This document shows, piece by piece, positions 49,584 to 64,000 of a stretch of 64,000 bases of DNA. The notes beneath the pieces were generated by a model. That model had not been told where the DNA came from and made no database searches. It was given only the letters and a program-made list of their open reading frames with translations. How positions within the stretch are numbered: position 1 is the first letter of the stretch; every line of letters starts with the position of its first letter. Where the stretch lies: assembly GCF_009914755.1 (NCBI RefSeq), contig NC_060930.1; one strand, 5' to 3'. This DNA comes from the human T2T-CHM13v2.0 reference genome, Homo sapiens. A program made the translations under genes and the position numbers.

Positions 49584-49815
49584 CACTGTTAAAGGCATCC
49601 ACATTGGAAAAGTGGAATTCAAACTGTCCATCTCTGCAGATATCTAGAAAAGTGTAAACACTCCCCCAGAAACTCCTAGCCAGAGCAATCAGGTAAAAGA
49701 AATAAATACTTATTAAAGGCATCCACATTGGAAAAGTGGAATTCAAATTGTCCGCCTTTGCAGATATCTAGAAAAGCTTAAACACTCCCCAGAAACTCTT
49801 AGATCTGATAAATCA

Positions 49816-50957
<1,142 letters not shown>

Positions 50958-50967
50958 ACGAAAGACA

Positions 50968-51051
50968 AGAGAAGAGAAGAGAAGAGAAGAGAAGAGAAGA
51001 GAAGAGAAGAGAAGAGAAGAGAAGAGAAGAGAAGAGAAGAGAAGAGAAGAG
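50968..51051. repeat. (GAGAA)n pentanucleotide repeat derived from the Alu tail
   Basis: Directly visible. Confidence 0.97.
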
Positions 51052-51916
51052 AGAATGCAAACAAATGGAAGGATATCCGATGCTCATGGATCAGGAGAAC
51101 TAACAAACATTGTTAAAATGACCATATTGCCTAAAGCAATCAACAGATTCAATGCAATCCCTATCAAAATAACAATGTAATTTTTCACAGAAATAGGAAA
51201 AACAATCCTAAAATTCATATCCAAAAAAAGAGCCCTAATAGCCAAAGCAATCCTGAGCAAAATGAACAAAGTTAGAGGCATCACATCACCTGACATCAAA
51301 ATATATTACAAGGCTACAGTAACCAAAACAACATGATATTTGTATAAAAACAGACACCTAGATCAATGGGACAGAATAGAAAACCCACAAATAAATCCAC
51401 ATATTTATAACCAACTGATTTTTTACAAAGGCATCAAGAATATACATTGGGAAAACGACATCCTCCTAAACAAATGGTGCTGGAAAAATTGGATATCCAT
51501 ATGCAAAGAATTAAACTGGATCCCTATCTCTTACCATGTACAAAAATCAATTCAAGATGGATTAAAGACTTAAACATAAGACCCAAAACTATAAAACTAC
51601 TGGAAGAAAATGTACGGAAAACACTCAGGACATGGGTTTAGGCAAATATTTTATAGCTAAGACTTTAAAAGCACAAGCAACAAAAATGAAAATAAGCAAA
51701 TGGAACTATATTAAACCAAAAAGCTTCTGCACAGCAAAGGAAATAATAAACATAGTGAAAAGACAACCTGCTCAACTGGAGAAGATATTTGCCAGAGATT
51801 CGTCTGCCAAGGGACTAATATCCAGAATCTATGAGGAACTGAAACAACAGTAAAAAAACAAACAAACAAATAATACTATTAAAAAGTGAGCAAAGGGCAT
51901 AAATAGACATTTCTCA

Positions 51917-52312
<396 letters not shown>

Positions 52313-53194
52313 TCAAAATCATAATGAGGTATCAACTTACCCTACTTAGAATGGCTTTTATTAAAAGGACAATAAATAACAGATGCTAGTGAGGGTGCAA
52401 AGAAAAGGGAACTCATACAGTGTTGGTGGAAATGTAAATTAGCACAACCACTATGGAAAACAGCACAGAGATTTCTCAGAAAACCGAAAATAGAACTATC
52501 ATATAATACAGCAATCCCACTACTGGGTATTTATCCAAAGGAAAAGAAATCAGTATATCAAAAGGATATATATCAGTATATCAAAAGGATATGCTCACGT
52601 TTACTGCAGCCCTACTCACAATAACAAAGATATGAAATCAACCTGTGGACCAACAGATAAAGAAAATGTGCCATATATATACAATGTGATACAATTGAGC
52701 CATAAAAAATAATGAAATTATGTCATTTGCAGCAACATGGGTAGAATTAGAGGTAATTATATTAAGTGAAATAAGCCAGGCACAGAAAGACAAGTATTTC
52801 ATGTTCTCACTCATATGTGGGAGCTAAGAAAGTTGATTATCATGGAGGTGGAGGGTAGAATAATAGATACCAGAGGCTGGGAAGGGTGTGTGGGTTGGGG
52901 AGAGGGATGAAGAAATGTTGTGTAATGGGTTACAAACATATGGTTAGGAAGAACGATTAAGTCGTAATGTTCAATAGCAGAGTAGAGTGACTACAGTTAA
53001 CAACAGTGTATTGTACATTTCAAAATAGCGAGAAAAGAGGACTTGAAATGTTCCCAAGACATAGAAATGATGAGTCCTCGAGGTGATGGATACCCCAAAT
53101 ACCCTGACTTGATTATTTCACATTCTATACATGTAACAAAATATTACATGTACCCCACAAATATGTACAAATATTATATATTAATAAAAAAAGA

Positions 53195-53679
<485 letters not shown>

Positions 53680-54689
53680 TCAAGAAACTATGGGAGCCTT
53701 TTTGATCCTAACTTCATTGAATACTATTAATAAAATGACTCTGACCAAAACACTGACATATGTATACTTCAGCAGACAGTACAGGGAAAGCATACATATG
53801 ACTGAGATGTGGAAGGCTTCCAGAGCTCTGCTCATTTCTTCAAGAGGTCAGCCCCCATAACCTGCTGCGTTATTGGTTCAAAGCCGCTGTGGGACCATCC
53901 AAGCAAGCAGTCACCCCACTTCCTGCTAATCCTCCAAATCTTCCCCAGGGGTTTGCATTGCAAGCCTGTCCTGACTCTGCTTCCCCAGGGACTCCTCTAG
54001 GCTCACAGCATGGGGAATTCTATGGCTGTAAGAAGATACTCCAAGAAGATGGAAGATCAGAACTGTATTAACTCACAGACAAGTCTGAAAGAGGAGATGT
54101 GGCTCTGCACTCCCAGATGAAAGAGATTTAAGCTTGTGAATCACTGAAAATAGCAAGAAATCAGACAAAAAGGGCCTTGTCCCAGAGTAATAACCTCACT
54201 CAGAGATTAAAATAGGTCTGACCTTTGTCTGTGGGACTGTGTTGTCTCAGTCATATTTAGTTGCTCCAGCTGAGGACTTCTGAAACCTCCATCTGCATGT
54301 TGTGAAACCCCTTCTCTTGGTCACGGGGTGGTCTCTTCCCGAACACAGAAGAGCCACTTATTCTGGAGGGTACTTAATGGGGTTTGTGGCTTCCAAGCCA
54401 AGAAAGTGGAGCTCACTGAGGTTCTATTTTTTTTCTTGCTCAAATAAAGTTAGAAACACTATCATGTGACAGTCAAGAAAATTGAGGTTCCTCAACTGAC
54501 ACTGAAGTTACATGACCCTCATCCACCTGTTCACTCACCTCTGGAAGGACTTGAAAGTTCCAATCTCCTTGTATGGCTTCTCTGCTCAGAAAGCTCATGA
54601 GAGGAGCCCACTGTGACTGTTTTTTGAGATTTGGGGGTACAGCTTTGTTGAACAGGATCAACAGAACAGAAGGCAAGCTATTTATAGCC

Positions 54690-54870
54690 AGAAAGCCCTG
54701 GGACCAGGACTCCAGAAGCCTGTTCTTAACTTCCAACCCTGTCCATGAGTCACTGCCTGATGCCCAAATTATTTCTTGCTTCCTCAGTTTCACCTACTAT
54801 AAAGTGGAGATAATCATACTCATTCCTACTTTCTTGGTATATTGTGAAAAGAAATTATTACATACGTGAG
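54690..54870 (+). mobile_element. MIR
   Basis: 'ggactccagaagcctgt...cctcagtttcacctactataaagtggagataat'. Confidence 0.6.
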
Positions 54871-55221
54871 CCCTAGGGAAGAAAGACTTAAACCATCTTT
54901 ATTGCTATTTCTTATTGCCAAATAGTATCTATGGTAATCATAGCTTTCTTCTACTAATAACCCATGCTACCTCTGGCCTGGTATCCTAAATGTCAAAAGA
55001 TGTATATCACATTACAGTTTTGAAGTCCTCTGTTCTTTAAAATATTGCTTTTAATTCACATAGCATCTAATTTTGATCAGAGTCATTTACCAAAAATCAT
55101 TTTACCAAAAATCATTTTGCATGAGTAGCCTCAACTAAGATGCAGCAGGAGCTGAAGACTGCAATGCACAGTAAATACAACCCAGGGGCTTCAAGTATAA
55201 ACCCTTGGTCTCACAGTATAC

Positions 55222-55582
55222 TGATATGGTTTGGCTCTGTGTCCCCACCCAAATCTCATCTTGAATTGTACTCCCATAATTCCCACATATTGTGGGAGGG
55301 ACCCTGTGGGAGATAATTGAATCATGGGGTCGGTTCCCCCATACTATTCTTGTGGTAGTAAATAAGTCTCACGAGATCTGATGGTTTGATAAAGAGAAAC
55401 CCGTTTCACTTGGCTCTCATTCTGTCTCTTGCTGCCACCATGTGAAACGTGCCTTTCACTTTCCACCATGATTGTGAGACCTTCCCAGCCACATGGAACT
55501 GTAAGTGCAAAAAGCCTCCTTCTTTTGTAAATTGCCCAGTCTCAGGTATGTCTTTATCAGCAGCGTAAAACAGACTAATACA
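55222..55582 (+). mobile_element. THE1A-like solo LTR (MaLR)
   Basis: 'tgatatggtttggctctgtgtccccacccaaatctc...cagactaataca'; 5-bp TSD tatac at 55217-55221 and 55583-55587. Confidence 0.95.
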
Positions 55583-56344
55583 TATACCATCCCATTAGAT
55601 AGTAGTGGCCATTTTCTTTCCTGATTTATTCTTCTATTGTCCTCTTTGACCTGGAAGGAATTAAGGTGACAGTGGTGCCATTCATTTGTATGTCTTATTT
55701 AAACCACCCCCATTACCAAGCATTATTTTAAAACTTGCCTGGGATAAGCAAAATCGTGTGGTCCACACCATCAGACTCTAACTCACCTAAAATAGTTTTC
55801 TGTTCTCTTATAGTAAAAGTGACATGTAAAAATCAAACTTGAAGTTTTATTTTTAATTGTGGTAAATTATACATAAAAATCTATGTTAATCATTTTCAAG
55901 AGTGTACAGTTCAGCAATATTACATACATTCACATTGTTTGTGTAACCATTACCACCATCCATCTCCAGAATGTTTTCGTCTTTCCAAATTGAAACTGTG
56001 TACCCATTAAACAATTCTCCCCATTCCTCACTCCTTCCAGCACCTGGTAACCACCATTCTACTTTTCATCTCTATGAATTTGACCACTCATGTAAGTAGA
56101 ATCATGGAGTATTTGTCTTTTTGTTCCTGACTTATTTCACTCAGCATAACACCCTCAAAGTTCATCCATGTTGTAGCATTTGTCAGAATTTCTATCCTTT
56201 TTAAGGCTGAATCATATTCCATTATCAGTATATACCATATTTTGTTTATCCATTCATTCATCAATGGACACTCAGGCTACTTCCACCTCTTGGCTATTGT
56301 GAGTAATGCTGCTGTGAATGTGGGTGTACAAATACAACAGTTTC

Positions 56345-56805
<461 letters not shown>

Positions 56806-57856
56806 TATCTGTATCTCTTACAGACGTTGCTTCAATTTTGGGGGGTATGTGCCCAAAGGCGAAGTTGCTGGATCCTATATTAATTTTATTTTTAATTTTT
56901 TAAGAGCTGTCATATGATTTTTCATAGTGGCTACACCATTTTGTATTCCCTCTTGCAATGCACAAGGGTTTCAATTTCTCCATATCCTCACCAACACTCG
57001 TTATTTCCTGTTTGTTTGGTACTAGCCATCCTAATGGGTATGTTGAAATTCTATTTTTAATTAATGAGTGAGAGATGGAGGGGTCAGATTTAAACAGGTT
57101 ACAAGGCAGTCTCATAAATTTGTATGAGACTTCTCTTGGGCAGAGTGAGAAGGACTAAAACAGAATGACTAAGAGTCATCTCAAATAACTGTACTTACTG
57201 GTTACCCTTGCTCTGTCTGGAGAGGAAGTGTACAAGAAATGCCTGCAAAAGATAGCAGGGATTTTCCCTCCTAACTCCAAGACAGCCAGAGAAAAGTGAG
57301 CCTCAGAAGAGAAAAAAAAGGAAGACTTTAATGTAAAGAACTCAAAATGTTCTGGATGACCCTGAGATGCAGTTTAGTGTTTTCACTGTTTTGCACAGTT
57401 TCACTATGGAATTGCCTGACAGAAGCAGATAAGCTACAGAAGGAAGAGTGGGAGGGGTCTTAGGAACTGGGCAACAGAATGGGGAAAATGTGTATGGCTA
57501 ACCCTGGTCGAAGGCAGAAATTAAAAGAATGAGATGGGAAGTTAAGCCTAGAAAAACTGACTTGTTTCTGCTCTTCTCACCCCTACCCCAGAGCAATCAC
57601 CAAAAGAACTTAACATACTGCTTACTTCCTTTCCTAAACTGCTGATGCCCTGTTTACTGCTGGCATGCTACTCCCTGTCTGCCCATAGCTCCAGTCTGCA
57701 GGATCTTACCCATCTCCATGCTCTCTCCTGGTCAGGCATTTGAAAAAATACTTCTTGAATACCTGCTAACCATGGAAATCAAACAAGAATAGATAACTTG
57801 GGATTTTTAACACTTTTAAATAAAATTGTGTTCAAAGGAAAATTAGTGGAAGATGA

Positions 57857-59477
57857 CATTGGTGTGCCAGGGACAGGGCAATGGGAGAGGTCTGCCTCCG
57901 GAAAAAGCAATTTATTTTTTATGGAGAATTTTTAAATTTTAAAATAATTAAGATGAATTTTAAAATAATAATAAACTAAAATAAAGTCACTCTGCTTTTT
58001 ATTTTCCCTATGCTCTGCCAATTCTAAATTGCCAATGATAAAATACTGCTCCTATGCAAAATATTTTTTGTTGATCCAAGTTCTAAACAATTATGTGGTT
58101 ACTGTTGAGTTTTAATAATATATATGTAATCTTCACATACATAGAGAATATATTTTTCATTAATAAACATGAGTTGGGCCTGGTGGCTGATGCCTGTAAT
58201 CCCAGCACTTTAGGAGGTAGGAGGATTGCTTGAGGCCAGGAGTTAGAGACCAGCCTGGGCAACATAACAAGACCACCATCTCTACAAAAAATTTTTTAAA
58301 AAATTAAAATGATTAGCCAGTGAGGTGGTGCATATCTGTAGTCCCAGCTACTCAAGAGGCTGGGGTGGCAGGATCGCTTGAGCCTAGGAGGTTGATGTTC
58401 CAGTGGGCTATGATATTTCCACTGTATTGGATGATAGAGGGAGACTCCATCTCAAAAAAAAAAGGCATAAATAAAAAAAATAAACATTGTATTCTCTGTG
58501 GAAGTCAAAGAATTTCCATTTGTATACCAGAGACTTAGCTGCCCTCATTTGTTTTGAGAGCAAATTCAAAATTATTTAGAATCATTTGAGCTCACCTGGA
58601 GAACAGTTAATGTCTCCAGCACTTAGGGTATACAGCTTCATATGTCTAAAACTATGGGCCAGGCACCGTGGCTCACACCTGTAATCCCAGCACTTTGGGA
58701 GGCCGAGACAGGCAGATTACCTGAGGTCAGGAGTTCAAGTCCAGCCTGGCCAACGTGGTGAAACCCCATCTCTACTAAAAAAAATACAAAAATTAGTCGG
58801 GCGTGGTGGCTGGCACCTGTAATCCCAGCTACTCGGGAGAATTGCTTGAAGGGCCGGGAGGTGGAAGTTGCAGTGAGCCGAGATCGCGCTATTGCACTCC
58901 AGCCTGGGTGACAAGAGCAAAACTCTGTCTCAAAAAACAAAAAACAAAGAGAAAAAAATATGGATTCAAAACAATAATTGTGAAGACAAAAAAAAATTGA
59001 GTGACTTCAATTTTGCCTCTATATAACTACTTAGAGTTACTCATGTTTAAAAGTTTAAACTAATGGAACAGGGTACACAGTAGTATCACAATTATTGTTT
59101 TGAATCCATATTTTTTCTCAAGAAATTATGTATTATATATTAATTGTTATGTATTATATATTATTATGTATTATATATTATTATCATCTTATTTATAGAT
59201 GTGTTATATGTTAATTAATGTGTATTATATATTACTTATGTATTATATATTAATTTTATACATATAATTAAATACTTTTTTCTATATTTGTTTTATTTTC
59301 GTTTTTAATTCATTTACTTGCATGATTACATATATTAAATTTAATGCAACTGTATTGTCTATGTTTCTTTTCTGGCTATTACTCATTTCATATCATGATT
59401 ATTAAGAAATATATTTTTCCTCTGGCAGTATTAAAAATGATCAGCAGTGGGCATCAAAAATACTAGGTATATAACTG
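57857..59477 (+). mobile_element. Arthur1/MER69-like hAT fossil split by AluJ (58176-58480) and AluS (58657-58950)
   Basis: Start 'cattggtgtgccaggg...gggagaggtctgcc', internal 'aagttctaaacaatt...ggttactgttgagttttaataatatatatgtaa', end 'aaaatgatc...tactaggtatataactg'. Confidence 0.7.
59126..59253. repeat. AT-rich minisatellite, unit approximately ttatgtattatatatta
   Basis: About 5-6 degenerate copies visible. Confidence 0.85.
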
Positions 59478-60159
59478 CCCTTACTGGATTTTTTTTCTAA
59501 ATTGTGCATGATTCGTTATTGAATTATCCAACAAAGCACCTGGTATCTGCCAGGCAGTGGGTTCAGTGGTGGATAATAGAGACCAATAAAACACAGCTAG
59601 TGTCTCAAGGTCAGTGGCACTAGAATATGGTAGACTGGAAAGGTCTAGATTATGGATAAAATATGAGGCCAGACTGAACACAGTGATATAAGATTAACAT
59701 ACAAGTGAATGAATTCAAGACAACCCAAATGGATCAAATCTCATATTTCATTTATTTTCCCACAAATGAGAGGCGTGCTATGTGCCCCAAAGAAGGGGAC
59801 TGACATTTTTTACACCTACTTATAAAGATATTTATGAATCTTTTTCCAATCTAGTTCTGCAATTATGAAATGCCACAATCACAATGCCTGTTTATGCTAT
59901 TTTAATAAACATGCAATAGAGAAAGTAGGCTTATGCACATCAAAACTAAGTAAACCTAGTTCTCCAAATTCTTATTTGCAGTATTCTGTATTGAAAGGTG
60001 AAGGGTATATGTAGATAACTTTCTGTTGTTTTTGCTATCTTGATGATGAGAAAGGATGGGAGAAGTACCAAATCTAAAGTAAAAAAAAAACCTAGAAGGA
60101 GCACAGAGCCAAAGGGTATGAGGAATCTTTAATATATTTTTATTTTTTCTATGCAACTC

Positions 60160-60161
<2 letters not shown>

Positions 60162-60192
<31 letters not shown>
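60162..60192. repeat. (CA)n microsatellite
   Basis: Directly visible. Confidence 0.95.
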
Positions 60193-60193
<1 letters not shown>

Positions 60194-60454
60194 CCCACAC
60201 CTTGCTCTTTTTGGAAACCAGAATTCCCCCAATTCTTCGGAAAAAAAGAAGTATTCAACTGAATTTAAAATACAAGAGGGTTGATTATTGCTGAGCAATT
60301 AAGACCTGGGAATTTCCTCTTCAAATTTATATTCTGTAGCTATCATCAACATGAGACTCCATATCATTTTTTTTTCCTTAATGCACTTTGGCAGAGGGCT
60401 TCATTTCCTATCAAATAGACCGTTTTGCAACCTTCTGTGCAGAACTGTACAGGT

Positions 60455-60620
60455 GGTCCAAGGGATAATGGAATGAAATTGAGCAAAAGAAATTTTAGTT
60501 TGAAAATTAGTGAAAAAAAAAAAATACCTGTAGCAAGGTCCGTGATTCTGTGAAATAATCTCCCAGGGGAACTGGTAATGTCTCCATCACACATATAATT
60601 TTAAACAAGAATGGAAAAAT
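60455..60620 (+). mobile_element. CR1/L3 LINE fossil (ORF2 C-terminus)
   Basis: Translates with disruptions to RDNGMKLSKRNFSLKIS...RSVIL*NNLPGELV, resembling CR1 'NGMKL.KGKFRL.IRKNF....V..WN.LP.EVV'. Confidence 0.65.
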
Positions 60621-62199
60621 ACATATGAGAGTATTCTATAAAGATATAGCCTGTATTTTAAAATGAGAGAAAAAATGACCTAATTTTCCCTCTGTAATTT
60701 TCATTATTCTGCTCTGAATGGTATCTTCACACATGATATCTGACAATTTGAGTATTTAAGGCAAAAAAAAGAAAAACCACAAAAATGATCTTTGGTCAAC
60801 TCTTCAAGGCAAGAGTTAAAGAACTTTAAAAGGAAATATTCTTGTCAACAAAAATCGGGTTTAAATGTATGATAAGGTACTCATACTTATTTCATACACA
60901 TTTATACACTTATTCAGTGTGTGTGGCTTGTTTTAAGATCAAAATTCATATGGGTTTGAATGTAGTCACCATTTCAACATCTCAGTCCCTGCAGCTGATG
61001 CTGATATTGATGTTTCCCGTTAAGAGAAAAATCCCGTTTTTTAGGCTGACACAGGAAATACCACTCAGCACTGGAATACATATGAAAATCAGGAAATTTT
61101 CAAAGATGTAATGCAGGAAATCAACCAGGGAATATTCAAATTGTCACAATGTGCTTAATATTTTAAACATTTCTTCCTCTTTTAAACAAATGCTGAGCAA
61201 AGCTTCCTGTGTTTCAAAAGCAACACTGATGGACTCTCAAAATGGCAAGTCCCACATATTTACCATCTCTTCTCTTCACCCTGAATTTATTTTCCTGACT
61301 CAAGGTAGTTTCCAGGGCTTAAAAGATGGCCTATGTGGCACTTAAATGTATTTATGTTTAAACTCCTGTCTTCATGGAGTAGATAAGAAGTAAAATCAGC
61401 CATTGTCATGGACAACTTGCTCCTCTGAGTTCTTAACTTTTTTGGGGGGAAAGTGAAATATCAAGGAGTAAGAAACCTGTTTTCAGTTCTTGAGAGACTT
61501 ACAGGCCAAGTGAGAAGAGGTGATATAATGCTAGGAACGTAAACACAAGGCACTGTTATCTGTGTTTCTTTACCTCTAAAATGTGGGAATATTACTTACT
61601 TGGTGATAAGATTAGAAAAAATGATTGTTGCAAAGCACTCAGGCACATATAAGTGCTGTATTAAAGATCATTATCATTGAAGAGGAATTCCCAGATGAGT
61701 AATTTTAAAAGATGAAGGTGAGCTCAGATACTGGGGAGAAGCAGCTGTCAAGAACAGATGAGACAGTCTGAGGCAGCCCCGGAAAAGTTTCTTGGACAAA
61801 GCAGGACTTATACTGGGCCTTGAAAATTTAGAAAGACCAGCTAAAAGGCAAAGAAAGTCTCTGTTTACTTCCAAAAATGGAGATTGGCAGGACTATCTGA
61901 GGTGATGACACATTCCTTGAAACTCCTTTCTTGGGTGATCCTGACAGACTGATTTCCCATATCTTTTAAACCTGTTTTTCCAACTAAGTGCAAACATTAG
62001 AGATGAGCTCATTTACAATTTAGTCCTAACCCAAATTTGCCCCAGTTCAAACTCCTCCAGAGGACAACCTGAGAGCACTCACTAGCCAATACTTTCTGAA
62101 AAACCTCTACAACAGGGCAACACTCTGAAGACCCTTGGAGATCAGTGGGGAATGGGTTTGAGAGCAAACTGAAGCCACCTTTCAACATAAGTCAAAGTT

Positions 62200-62620
62200 A
62201 ACCAGGCAATTCCTTTCTAGTCACCATGGACAAGTGAAAGCCCCACACCCCTTGAGTCAATGGGAAGTCATTTCTTAACTCCCTTTTGAGAAATGCTGCT
62301 GGTGATTCAGCACTACATCCTGGCTCACTGGGACACTGTAAGTGAAATTTCCTTTAACAGCCACCCCACCACCTTGTGAAAGGTGAGTTTCCCAGGCTAG
62401 AATTACTCATGAGCACTCTTGCTACGAGAGGAGAGAGGGTCAGAGGGTCAGAGGTTCAAGGGAAGTCTTTCCTTCACCAACATCGGAGAGACTCCAGAAG
62501 CCTCTTTGAGTCAGTACTGTATAATTTACTATCCAAACTGGGAACGTTTTGAGAATAAAATGTGGCACCACTAATAATTGTGCAGCAACAACAGGTGGAA
62601 ATGGGGGAATTTCCAGTCAA
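62200..62620. promoter_or_regulatory. Candidate enhancer (motif cluster in unique DNA)
   Basis: TGAGTCA at 62253 and 62507, three RGKTCA half-sites spaced by 2 nt at 62437-62458, GGGAATTTCC at 62605, CCACACCC at 62243; motif evidence only. Confidence 0.4.
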
Positions 62621-62640
62621 ATCAGAACACAGGATTATTC

Positions 62641-63333
<693 letters not shown>

Positions 63334-63779
63334 TAAGTGTATACTATGTGACATTGTGATATATGCTAGAGATAGTATATTAGCTGTTTTTGCCCCAGAG
63401 ACCTCAGACTAGTAGGGGTAACCAACACACACACACTGGCATTTATAAAGCACTGTGGAGGTCAGGGACCCTGGGGAACACCTAACACACCTTGCAGAGT
63501 CAGAGATAGCATCCCGGAGGAGATACCGACCTATCTATTAATATGTCTTCATTAGGCAATGAAGAAGGCTAACTGAATTCCGGGCTTAAAAATAGCATGT
63601 AGTGTCATTGAAAAACAAAAATATCTAATATTTATGGACCAGTTACTGTGTCCTGGCCATTCTACATGTAATAACTCATTTAGCCCATACTTCTAGGACC
63701 TCCATCTTGCAGATAAGGAAATAGTAAGTAATTTCCAAGATATACCAGTATTAAAACACTAAAAGCATCTGTGTCCTTT

Positions 63780-64000
63780 TCTCTGAATCTTGTTTTGACC
63801 AAGAGTACATGGAAGTGATGCTATGAGACTTCTGAGGCCAGGTTACAAGAGACCAAACAGCTTCTACCTGGTTTTCTGGAACATATGTGTTGGATCTCTG
63901 AGATCCCAATAAAATGCCCACCTACCTGGAAATCACCATGCTGGAGTGGTGACCTGAAGGCACTCCAGTTGACAATCCCTGCTGAGTCCATCTTTCAGCC
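63780..64000 (+). mobile_element. MLT1 (F/G-like) LTR, runs off the window
   Basis: 'tttgaccaagagtacatggaagtgatgctatgagacttctgaggccagg...caccatgctggag'. Confidence 0.7.

Noticed and set aside
50968-51051. Periodic repeat arrays as CRISPR-like or coding repeats
   Set aside because: Simple (GAGAA)n from an Alu tail with no spacers; the sequence is human.
51340-51853. ORFs with L1 ORF2 similarity
   Set aside because: Frameshifted fragments of a dead, 5'-truncated L1MA4-like copy.
53940-53992. Two cttccccaggg copies resembling EBF sites
   Set aside because: Short motif only, with little supporting context.
55084-55118. 16-bp tandem duplication tttaccaaaaatcatt
   Set aside because: Ordinary slippage-type microduplication.

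Overview
Human non-coding DNA, either intronic or intergenic; an AluYb8 at 41105 carries the human-specific 7-bp duplication. No protein-coding gene can be supported: the ORF track is almost entirely Alu, L1 or chance ORFs. The window holds about 60 Alu/FLAM copies or fragments, a fragmented ~4 kb L1MA4-like LINE, smaller L1, L2, MIR and CR1 pieces, MaLR LTRs (THE1A, MLT1) and DNA-transposon fossils. Subfamily names are from memory of consensus sequences and need RepeatMasker/Dfam confirmation. I found no new gene system. The best signal is at 3.0-4.7 kb: one TSD-flanked insertion joins an L1PA 3' end (with a short 3' transduction) to a U3 snoRNA fragment in the opposite orientation, the geometry expected from twin priming on a second RNA. 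An older locally templated inverted copy ~0.5 kb away preserves the empty pre-insertion site. Other notable items are further local templated duplications, an Alu with an apparent 3' transduction, three Alus at one site with nested TSDs, two young and possibly polymorphic Alus, a candidate 21-nt microexon and a triple half-site DR2 enhancer candidate.
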